A DNA stretch of 64,000 bases from an uncultured Chloroflexia bacterium (lineage in GTDB: Bacteria > Chloroflexota > Limnocylindria > Limnocylindrales > CSP1-4): assembly GCA_963721545.1 (NCBI GenBank), contig CAVRKB010000009.1, positions 546,121 through 610,120 of the forward strand. The letters run 5' to 3'. The translations under genes and the position numbers were made by a program. This document shows, piece after piece, positions 20,493-29,250 of the stretch. How positions within the stretch are numbered: the stretch's first letter is position 1; every line of letters starts with the position of its first letter. The notes beneath the pieces were generated by a model that saw nothing but the letters and a program-made list of their open reading frames with translations, was not told where the DNA came from and ran no database searches.

Positions 20493-21821
20493 TCGTATTC
20501 CAGCGTGATGTCGTAGTTGCAGACGAAGTTCTGACCCTGCTTGGTCGGATCGAGGAGCTGGCCGCCAGGGCGGCTCTGCGACACGATATTCGCCGACTGG
20601 GCTGGGCGGCTTGCGGATTGCCTTGTCCGCTGCTGCCCACCTTGTGGTACTTGATCTGGCCCGTGAAGTCCGCCCCGCCCCAGGTCGTCTGTGCTTGTGC
20701 GGTCGAGGTGTTCGCGAAGTTGGGCACCAGGCAGCCGACCTTGACGTAGTTAGTGCGCGTTTGTGGCGTTCCGCCGGTCGGGTCCGTGACGGTGAGGGTG
20801 ACCTCGTAGATGCCGATGGCGTCGTACGAGTGCTGTGGGCTGGCTTGCGTCGACGCGGGCGACCCGTCGCCGAAGTTCCACGAGTAGGTGGTCCCGTTCG
20901 TCGATATGTTCGTGAAGTCGACGACGAGGGGTCTCGTCCCCCTGATCGGGGTGCCGGTCGGACCTCCGCCTTCGACGTTCGGGAGACTGCCAACTGGCGT
21001 GCCGTAGAAGCCGGCGACCGGCGGGGGAGTCGTCACAGGCCGACGGTGACGGTCCTCGGTCCGGGTTGCCGTCCCCATCGTGTTCCGTACCGTGAGCGTG
21101 ACGTTGAAGGTGAACGAGCTGTTGTACGGGTGGGTCGGCGGCGTGAACACGAAGTCGTTGGTCGTCGAATCACCCCACGACCACTCGTAGGTGTCTCCGT
21201 TCGTGGACTGATTGATCACGTCGACCGAGACCGGCGACGGTGCCCGTGACGTTCCCGGATCCGTTGATCGTGCCTCCGACGACGCCCGTGAAAATGAAGT
21301 CGGCGACCGGGGATCCAGGCGGCGGGAGCGTCGTCGATCCACCAATGTTCGCGATCGCGCCGGTTCTGACCGGGAACTGCGAGCTCGCAGACATCGGCAG
21401 GGAGCCGCCGAAGAAGCCGCTTAGGATCGGCGTCAGCAGCGTGAAATTGCACGTCATGTTCGAGACACTCACGCCACTCAGGCCGGACCCATTCGGGAAG
21501 GTCGGGATTGGTGGGTTGTGGCCTCCGGCGTCCGGCTGGAGCTCGCAATTCAGCGCGTCGGCTTCGTGGGCAACGATCGCGTCGTAGGTCGTCGTGTTGG
21601 GCGTTCCGGTGAAGTTGCCGGGAGCCGTCGCACCGAAGTTTGCAGCGACGCGCGTGGTGTTCGTAAGGGTCACGTAGCTCATGAACAACCGGCCGAAGTC
21701 GATCACGATGAGGAGCATCAGGATCATCACCGGCAGGATCAGGGCGAACTCGACCAGGCCCTGGGCCCGGCGAGCGGTCGCGGTGACGGACGCGACGGAA
21801 CAATCTCGTGAGCAAGGTCAT
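20489..21821 (-). CDS. TadE-like N-terminus fused to two PKD domains and a PASTA-like tail (module 2, gene F); frame-disrupted
   Basis: The N-terminus reads ARRAQGLVEFALILPVMMILMLLIVIDFGRLFMSYVTLTNTTRVAANFG...CNFTLLTPILSGFFGGSLPMSASSQFPV (ORF 21170..21730 frame). PKD 1 reads VSVDVINQSTNGDTYEWSWGDSTT...HPYNSSFTFNVTLTVRNTMG. PKD 2 reads PLVVDFTNISTNGTTYSWNFGDGSPASTQASPQHSYDAIGIYEVTLTVTDPTGG (ORF 20290..21345). My translation of the tail is CLVPNFANTSTAQAQTTWGGADFTGQI.../SANIVSQSRPGGQLLDPTKQGQNFVCNYDITLEYE*. At least 4 frame changes occur. The ATG at 21821 is tentative. Confidence 0.7.
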
Positions 21822-22009
21822 GTGGTTAACCCCGGCGGATGGTCTGGTGACGGGATAGTCCCTTCGTACGGGCGCATGTTGCCCTGCCCACCTTGCAGCG
21901 CACCTTGCGCTGGGACGTCGTGTGGACGACACGCAACACTCGTCGCCGGGACCTCGAGTGGACGAAGAGGCTATGGCCTTCGCGAGGCCCCGCGCGTAGG
22001 TTCAACGCC

Positions 22010-22228
22010 ATGAAGAAGCGCGTCGCAGCCGCCGTTCTCTGGTTCTACTGCGGCTGGTATGCCGGAGCGATGATCGCGCACGTCGTGGGCATCTCCCCGG
22101 CCCTCGGGCCGATCCTCGGAGTCGTTGCCGCGGTGCTGATCGCCGGCGACCCGCGCGGGATCATCTGGCCCAAGGCCCAGCAGCCGACGCCGGAGCCGGC
22201 CCTGACCCCGAACCCGAACCCGGCCTGA
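22010..22228 (+). CDS. Small membrane protein, 72 aa
   Basis: This is the inner Met of ORF 21893..22228. It reads MKKRVAAAVLWFYCGWYAGAMIAHVVGISPALGPILGVVAAVLIAGDPRGIIWPK, followed by a Pro-rich tail. It has two hydrophobic helices. I recognise no family. Confidence 0.5.
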   Translation: MKKRVAAAVLWFYCGWYAGAMIAHVVGISPALGPILGVVAAVLIAGDPRGIIWPKAQQPTPEPALTPNPNPA

Positions 22229-22263
22229 CGCGTCGCGCCACGCGCGCCGCGACCACACACAGA

Positions 22264-22298
22264 CGAACGCCGGGCGCCCCCGAGGCGCCCGGCGTTCG
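22264..22298. terminator. 15-bp perfect stem-loop between convergent genes
   Basis: The hairpin is CGAACGCCGGGCGCC-CCCGA-GGCGCCCGGCGTTCG. It lies between the stop of the small membrane gene (22228) and the stop of the histidine kinase (22303). Confidence 0.65.
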
Positions 22299-22302
22299 CG
22301 CT

Positions 22303-23884
22303 TCAGGAATCTTCGGGCGGCTCTCCCGGGAGGTAGACGCTGAACGACGCGCCGCGGCCGGCGACGGTCGGTTCGAGGACGAGGTCGCCGTCCATCGCCC
22401 GGCACAGCTCGCGCGAGACGTACAGCCCGAGCCCGCTGCCGCCGCTGCCCTCGTCGCCGTCCGTCTCCCGGCCCCGGACGAACCGCCCGAACAGCCGCGC
22501 CCGATCGGCCTCGGCGACGCCCGGGCCGCCGTCGGTGATCGTCAGCCGGAGACGCTTGCGACGGCTCGTCGAGACCGACCTCGACGGCGATCGGCGAGCG
22601 GTTGCCGTACTTGACCGCGTTGTCGAGCAGCGCCCAGAGGACCTGGTCGAGCTGGTCGGCGTCGGCGATCGGCCAGCCAGCCCTGCGACGTCGTCCTCGA
22701 CGGTGAGCGCGACGTCGGCCGCGGCGAGCGCCTCCCACGCCCGCCTGACGCGCGGCGCCGAGCGCGACGACCTCGATCCGCGGATGCAGCGCGCCCGACT
22801 CGAGGCGGGTGACCGTCAACAGCTGGCGGACCATCCGGCTGCAGCCGCTCCGACTGCTCGGCGATGATGTCGAGCCGGCGGTCCGGGCGGGTCGGTCTGG
22901 AGCTGGTGGGCGTAGGCGCGGATGCTCGTCAGCGGCGTCTGGAGGTTGTGGCTGACGCCGCGGAGGAAGTCGTCCTTGGCGGCGTCGAGCTCGAGGAGCT
23001 GCGTGTTCTGGGCCTCGACCCGGGCGAACAGCTGGGCGTTCCGGATCGCGACCGCGATCTCGCTCGCGAACAGCTCGAGGAGGTCCTGGTCGGCGCGCTC
23101 CCAGCATGCGCGTCGCCGGCAGCTGCCCGACCAGCACGCCGAGCTCCTCCTCGCCGGTCTGGAGGACGCGCCCGGACCGGCAGCGGCTCGCCGGGGATCC
23201 GCTCCTCGAGCGGGATGTCCCGGGGATCGACGAGGAGGATGTCGCAGTCGATCATGCCGAACGCCGCCTTGGCGTCGGTGGCGGCGCGGCCGGCCACGAA
23301 CAGCGCGCCGTCCCGCGGCGACGCCCGCTCGATCGCGGCGAGGATGCTGCCGAGCTCCCGGTTCCGCCGCTCGAGGTCGACGGCGAGGCGGTTGTGGCTC
23401 TCGGCGAGTCGCGCCAGCTCGTCGTCGCCCGGGACCTCGATCGGCGTCGAGAGGTCGCCGGCGGACACCCGATCGACGGCCGCGGCGATCGCCCGGAGCG
23501 GCCCGATCAGGTCGGCCGCGAGGAGATAGGCGAGCAGGATCGCCGAGCAGCGCGGCGATCACGATCGTGAGGAGCAGCGCGCGCGCCGAGGGTCTCCGGG
23601 TCGGTGATGATGTCGCCCGCCACGATGGCGACGATCCCGAACCCGGCCAGCGGCAGGATCGCCGCCGCGACGAGCCCGAGCGTCAGCCGGGCCCGGAACG
23701 ACAGCCGGATGCCCAGCGAGATGCCCGTCCCGTCGTCGTCGTCCGCGTCCGGGAGATCGTCGATCGGCGCCTCACCGAGGGCCGGCCTTCTCCTGCTCGG
23801 CCCGCTCGAGGGCGGCGAGGCGATCGGCGATGGGGTGTCGCGGGCCGCCCGAACGGTCCGGGGCCGCGGGGGGCACCGCGCCAT
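22303..23884 (-). CDS. Sensor histidine kinase (TM-HAMP-GAF-HisKA-HATPase); frame-disrupted
   Basis: The TM segment is ARLTLGLVAAAILPLAGFGIVAIVAG. The HAMP domain reads LRAIAAAVDRVSAGDLSTPIEVPGDDELARLAESHNRLAVDLERRNRELG. The GAF/HisKA region reads ELLELFASEIAVAIRNAQLFARVEAQNTQLLELDAAKDDFLRGVSHNLQTPLTSIRAYA. The ATPase domain reads DQLDQVLWALLDNAVKYGNRSPIAVEV, and my translation gives ...GSGLGLYVSRELCRAMDGDLVLEP...SFSVYLPGEPPEDS*. Many frame changes occur. Confidence 0.85.
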
Positions 23885-23931
23885 CCGCGGACGTGGGGGT
23901 AGCGGACGTCGCCGGCGCCGTCGGCGTCGAG

Positions 23932-24667
23932 TCAGTCACCGGCTGCGTCGCCGACGCCGATCAGCCGGTAGCCGACACCGCGGACCGTCTGGAGGTGGAC
24001 CGGCTTGTTCGGGTCGACCTCGATCTTCTGGCGCAGCCGGCGCATCGTGACCCAGACGTAGGACGGGTCGGCGTCCTCGGTGTCCGCCCAGCCGCGGGCG
24101 AGGAGCGTCTCGGTCGTGACCGTCTGGCCGAGGTTCGCGGCGAGGGCGTAGAGCAGCCGCGACTCGGTCGGGGTGAGCTGGACGATCTCGCCACCGACCG
24201 TCGCCTCTCGGCGGTGGAGGTCGAGGGTCAGGTCCGGACCGAGGACGAGGCTCTGGCGCGGGACCTTGTCGCCGAGCCGCCGCAGGACGCGATTGATCCG
24301 GGCCCGCAGCTCCGGGTAGTGGTAGGGCTTGGTGACGTAGTCCTCGGCGACCTCCTCGAGCAGGTCGGCCTTGGAGTCGCCGGCATCGATCGCCGAGAGG
24401 ACGATGATCGGCAGGTCGGCCTGGTTCTTGATCTCGCGCGCGAGGGTCAGGCCGTCCATGCGCGGCATCATCATGTCGATGATCAGGAGGTCCGGCCAGC
24501 GACGTCCGAAGCCTGCGAAGCGCCTCGTCGCCGTCGCGGGCCGTCTGGATCTCGTAGCCGTCGGCGCGGAGCTGGTCGGCCAGGGCGACGAGCTGGTTCG
24601 GGTCGTCGTCGACGAGGAGGAGCCGCGGCGCCGCGTCGCCGTAGCCCGAGGGACCGCCGCTCAGCAT
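23932..24667 (-). CDS. OmpR/PhoB-type response regulator; one frame change near 24495-24520
   Basis: The receiver domain reads PRLLLVDDDPNQLVALADQLRADGYEIQTARDGDEAL...DLLIIDMMMPRMDGLTLAREIKNQADLPIIVLSAIDAGDSKADLLEEVAEDYVTKPYHYPEL. The winged helix reads LTPTESRLLYALAANLGQTVTTETLLARGW...SYVWVTMRRLRQKIE...LQTVRGVGYRL. It sits immediately upstream of the kinase. Confidence 0.9.
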
Positions 24668-24707
24668 GCGCCGAGTATAGGCAGGGCTCCTGGAGCTCCC
24701 GGCCCTT

Positions 24708-25561
24708 CTACGGCGCCTTCGGGTCGTAGAACCGGCAGCGATCGCGGAGCGGGCACAGCTCGTGCGCGGGGTTCCGGGCGTGGCAGACGAGGCGGCCGTG
24801 GCGGATCAGGTTGACGTGCGCCTCGTACATCGGTCCGGCTCGAGCAGCGCGAGGGCGATGTCGTGGGACAGGTCGTCGATGGCCTTCGGCGGCAGCAGCC
24901 CGACCCGCTTCAGGACCCGCTCGACGTGGCGGTCGATCGGGATCAGCGGCAGGCCGAAGCAGAACAGCAGCACGACCGATGCGGTCTTCTTGGCGATGCC
25001 GTTGATGCCGGTCAGCCACTCGCGCGCCTCGAGCGCCGTCATCTCGCCGAGGAACTCGAGCGAGTAGTCGCCGCGTTCCTCGCGGATCTTGCGCAGCGAC
25101 GCCTGGATCCGCGGCGCCTTCTGGGTCGCGAGGCCGGCCGGCCGGATCACGTCGATCAGCTCCTCGATCGGGGCGAACTCGACCCCGGCCCAGTCGGGCG
25201 GCGCGCCCTCGGCGAGCCCCCGGCCGCCCCAGCCCTCGCCCGGCCGGTGGAGCTCCGCCGGCAGCCCGGATGGATAGAAGGCCCGGAGTCGCTCGAACGC
25301 CACCTCGGCGTTCGTGTCGGCGGTGTTCTGGGTCAGGATCGTCAGGATCAGCTCGCTCGTCGGGTCGAGGCGGCGCTCCCATTCCGGGTGGCCGTAGATC
25401 GCGGCCAGCCCGTCGAGCGTGAAGTCGACGAGCCCGGGGCGGTAGCGAGCGATCCGGCGACTCCAGGCGACGACGGGATCCGGCTTCCGGCGCTTCTTCG
25501 CCTTCGGCCTGGCCTTCGGCTTCGTGGTGGCGCCGCGCGTCCGGACGGGCACCTCAGCCAC
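24708..25561 (-). CDS. Endonuclease III-like HhH-GPD DNA glycosylase; one frame change near 24810
   Basis: The sequence reads LDPTSELILTILTQNTADTNAEVAFERL...LIDVIRPAGLATQKAPRIQASLRKI...LTGINGIAKKTASVVLLFCFGLPLIPIDRHVERVLKRVGLLP (ORF 24806..25774). The end reads MYEAHVNLIRHGRLVCHARNPAHELCPLRDRCRFYDPKAP* (ORF 24708..25382). The start is uncertain. The GTG at 25561 is one option, but the frame stays open upstream. Confidence 0.8.
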
Positions 25562-26130
25562 GACGCGACGTTCCCGACGAGCGGTCGAAGACCGATGCGA
25601 TCCAGCGTCCGATCCGGTTTCGATCGGCGTTCCGAGGTGGCGGAGGTCCCGCGAGGCCTCGTTGGCCCGGATCCTGGCGTACAGCTCGGAGACGTCCTCG
25701 GACCGCTCGAGCGTCCCGTCGGCGAAGTGGAGCTCCGTGACCCGCTCGAACTTCCAGGCCGGGTGGTAGCCCATGTGGACATAGAGGTCCTGGATGAAGC
25801 CGTCGGCGATGAGCAGCGTTGCCGGAGAAAGGCGATCGGCAGGCCGAGGTCCGGGTAGGTGAACGCGATGCCGTTCGGTCGATCCGGTCGCCCGACCGGG
25901 ACCTTGCCGGCGATGACGGGCCGCCGACCCGCCCGAGCCTCCTCGAGCTGCGAACCGTTGAACCCGATCTCGAGGTGGTCGAGGACGAGGTGGCCGTCAT
26001 GGACGGCGTACCGGCACTGATAGCCGCGCCAGTTGCCCGTGTGGAGCATGAACGGCTCCAGGCCGTGAGCGGTCGGGTCGAAGAGCGGGCCACCGCTGAC
26101 GAGGCTCCACCGCGCTCCCGACCATTGCAT
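25562..26130 (-). CDS. Unknown ~190-aa domain or protein, reading on into the EndoIII-like frame without a stop; one frame change near 25790
   Basis: It begins MQWSGARWSLVSGGPLFDPTAHGLEPFMLHTGNWRGYQCRYAVHDGHLVLDHLEIGFNGSQLEE...GIAFTYPDLGLPIAF (ORF 25348..26130). It continues LLIADGFIQDLYVHMGYHPAWKFERVTELHFADGTLERSEDVSELYARIRANE (ORF 24806..25774). I recognise no family. Confidence 0.45.
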
Positions 26131-27266
26131 GCGTGTCCGAGGCCTGGGCCGTCATGGGGCCACTCGTGTCGCAAGAGCCGGCGATCCGCTCGCCGCATCG
26201 CTCGACCGGAGCCGCCCCGGCCGCCATGGCCTCCTCGACGGTCACCGGCTCTTCCGAGACCGGAACGACGACGACGCCGAGCGGCGCGCAGGGCCTCGAT
26301 GCCACCCTCGGTCACGCCGCCGCCGACGGCGATGCACCGGACACCCGCGGCCGATGCGCCGGCGGGCGACGCCGAGCGCCGTCTTGCCGAACGCGGTCTG
26401 CTCGTCGATCCGGCCCTCGCCGGTGACCACGATGTCCGCCCGGTCGAGCTTCCGTCGAAGCCGGTCGGCTCCATCGACGAGCTCGACGCCGGGCCGCAGC
26501 GCGAGGGACCGGAAGAGCCGCTGACTGCAGAGGAGCGCGAAGCCGGCGCCGCCGGCGGCGCCGGCGCCCGGTGTCTCGCGCTCGCGGCGCCCGGTCGCAC
26601 GCTTCGAGCGCGTCGGCGTACGCCGTCAGCGCGCGTCGAGCTCGCACGACCTGTTCGGGCGTCGCGCCCTTCTGCGGGCCGTAGGTCGCCGCTGCGCCGG
26701 TCGGCCCGAGCAGCGGGTTCGTGACGTCGCAGGCGATCCGAGTCGACGTCGACCGAGCGTGTCGAGGCGCTCAGGTCGATCGCGTCGTTCGCCGAACGGA
26801 CCGCGGCGCCAGCAGGACCCCGGCCCGCCGTCGGTCGTCGCGCTGACCCGCCGATCCCGAGGTGATCGCGACCGACGCCGGCGTCCACCGCGGCCCGGAG
26901 GACCTCGCCGGTGCCGCGCGTCGTCGCCGCGATCGGATCGCGCTCCCGGGCGACACGACGCGACAGCCCCGACGCCGCGGCCAGCTCGACGACCGCCGTC
27001 CGGCCGTCGTCCGACTGCAGCCAGCGAGCATTGACCGGCCGTCCGAGCGGGATCGTGGGCGTGGGCGTCCCGCCACGTCCAGCCGCCGGCCGCCTCGATC
27101 GCCACGAGCGTGCCCTCGCCGCCGTCGGCGAGCGGGCGAGAGAGGAGCTCGTCGTCCGGGCGGGCCCGCGCCCAGCCGGCGGCCAGCGCCGCGCGCGACC
27201 TCGACCGACGGTCAGCGAGCCCTTGAACGAATCGGGCGCGAAGAGGACCGTGAGCGGCTCGGCCAC
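26130..27266 (-). CDS. Glycerate kinase; heavily frame-disrupted
   Basis: A GTG start at 27266 gives MAEPLTVLFAPDSFKGSLT, the hallmark APDSFKGS N-terminus. Later pieces are RTAVVELAAASGL, IAATTRGTGEVLRAAVDAGV, GVRCIAVGGGVTEGGIEAL and GVVVVPVSEEPVTVEEAMAAGAAPVERCGERIA. The 3' end is approximate. Confidence 0.75.
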
Positions 27267-27278
27267 GAGCGACGGCGC

Positions 27279-29250
27279 TCAGCGCCCGACCGGCTCGAGC
27301 TCGAGTTCGGCGACGGCGGCGCCCGGTCTCGGCGAGGCCCAGCGCCCGCCGCCGCTCGAGGTACTCCGGGATCCGGATCATCGGCGGCCGCTCCTGGTCC
27401 GCCAGCTCGATGACCTCGAGCGACAGCTGGCCGCGCCCGGAGCGCGGCAGCTTCATCGTCGAGCCCAGCTCGGCGAACAGGCGGGCCTTGCGCCGCTCCT
27501 CGAGCCGCTTCATCACCGCCTGGAGGATCACGAACGACATCCGCGACAGGCCCTCGAGCTCCTGGTTGCGGTGGACCCGCCGCTCGAGGTCGACCTGGCC
27601 GAGGCCCTCGATCCCGACCCGCTCCGCGGCGTCGATCAGGTGCCCGATCTCGACCGCGTAGCCGGTGAAGAACGGGATCGTCTCGAGGAGCGACCGGCGC
27701 CCGGCGTACTCGCCGGCGAGCGGCTGGATCATCCCCGACAGCTCCGGGTAGAAGAGGTTGATCAGCGGCCGCGCGACGAGCTCCGTGACGCGCCCGCCGC
27801 CGCCCTCCTTGAGCACGCCCTCGGCCACGATCGGGCGCTGGTAGTAGCCCTTGACGTACTGCAGCCGGGGCTCGTGGAGGAGCGGCCCGAGCGTCCCGTA
27901 GACCATCCGCGGGTGCCAGTTCCGGACGTCGGTGTCGGCCCAGACGATGATGTCGCCGCTCGTCTCGTAGACCGACTTCCAGAGCGCCTCGCCCTTGCCC
28001 CGGAACGAGCCGTAGCGGGCCAGGACGTCGGGGTGCTGGACGACGCGGGCGCCCTCCGCCTCGGCGATCTCGCGGGTCCGGTCGGTCGATTGCGAGTCGA
28101 TGACGAGGATCTCGTCGACGAGCGGCACCCGGCCCATCATCTCGCGGATCGCCCGCCGGACGATCGGGCCGATCGTCTCCTCCTCGTCGAGCGTCGGCAG
28201 GACGAGCGAGACCGTCAGTCCCTGCTTCTCCTTGAGCTGGACGAGGCGGCGGAGGTCGGCGAACTCGGCGTGGTGGAAGTTCGCCTCGCCGAACCAGCGC
28301 TCGACCCGGGCGGGGACGGCGCGGGCCTCCTCGGCGGCGCGGTCGGCGGCGGCGAGCGTCTCGGCCCGCGAGGCGAGCTGCTCGAACGTCTGGCGGCCGA
28401 TCGTCTCGCGGGTCTTGACGACGACGACCGTCGGCTTGGCCCGGGCCGCGATCGCCTCCGGCAAGCGCGCCGAACAGGTAGGCGTCGCCGTCGGTGCCGG
28501 CCGGCTGGGCCGACGCGCCCATGACGACGAGGTCGGCCCGCTCGGCCTCGCGCAGGATCGCGTTGCGGACGTTCGCCGCCTCGCGGACGACCCCCTCGGC
28601 CTTGCCCTTGACGTGCTGGCGGAGGAACTGGGCGAGGGCGTGCTCGGCCTGGGCGCGGACGGCGAGGGTGATCCCGGGCGGGACGAAGTGGAGGACCGCT
28701 GACCTGGGCGTCGTGGCGCCGGGCGATCGCGTCGGCGTAGCGAACGGCCAGCTCGGCGTGCGGGCCGCCGCGGACCGGGACGATGATCCGCCGGATCTCC
28801 TTGGAGCCGCGCTGCTTGACGACGGCGATGTCCGCCGGCGAGTCGCGGACGACCTCGTCGATCGTCGGCGAGAAGACCGCCGGACCCGCGCCGTCGCGGC
28901 CCGGCCGGCGACTTGCCGCCCCAGCCGAAGATGATCAGGTCGGCCTCCTGCTCGGCCGAGGCCTCGACGATCCCCTCGGCGGCGTGGCGGCCGATCCGGA
29001 CGATCGGGTGGATCGTGGTCCCCTCCGGCGCGAAGTCGAGGACGCGCTGGAGGAGGCGTCGGGCGTGGCGGGCCCGGGTCGCGCCCTCGGAGAGCGGCAT
29101 GCCCTCGGGCACCTCGACGATGCCGAGCGCAGTCAGCTCGCCCGCCCGCGGGTCGAGCAGGTCCGCACCGAGCCGGATCAGCTCCTCCGCGGTCGCCGGG
29201 TTGGCGACCGGGATGAGGATCCTGGCGGGCAGCGGGGTCTTCGACGTCAT
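27279..29250 (-). CDS. gpgS: Fusion of two universal-stress-protein domains with glucosyl-3-phosphoglycerate synthase-type GT-A glycosyltransferase; frame-disrupted
   Basis: Usp 1 reads ARILIPVANPATAEELIRLGADLL...IHPIVRIGRHAAEGIVEASAEQEADLIIFGW. Usp 2 reads VLHFVPPGITLAVRAQAEHALAQFL...VREAANVRNAILREAERADLVVMGAS. The GT core reads SLVLPTLDEEETIGPIVRRAIREMMGRVPLVDEILVIDSQSTDRTREIAEAEGARVV...GKGEALWKSVYETSGDIIVWADTDVRNWHPRMVYGTLGPLL...GGGRVTELVARPLINLFYPELSGMIQPLAGEYAGRRSLL...GYAVEIGHLIDA...RVHRNQ. The ATG overlaps the upstream stop (ATGA). My translation of the end is AELELEPVGR*. Confidence 0.75.

Noticed and set aside
22010-22228. Small hydrophobic ORF next to the pseudopilin block, considered as a possible Flp pilin
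   Set aside because: It lacks the Flp signature, which is a G/XXXXEY processing motif followed by a single hydrophobic helix. It has two helices and a Pro-rich tail. It is also on the opposite strand, beyond the 5' end of the block.
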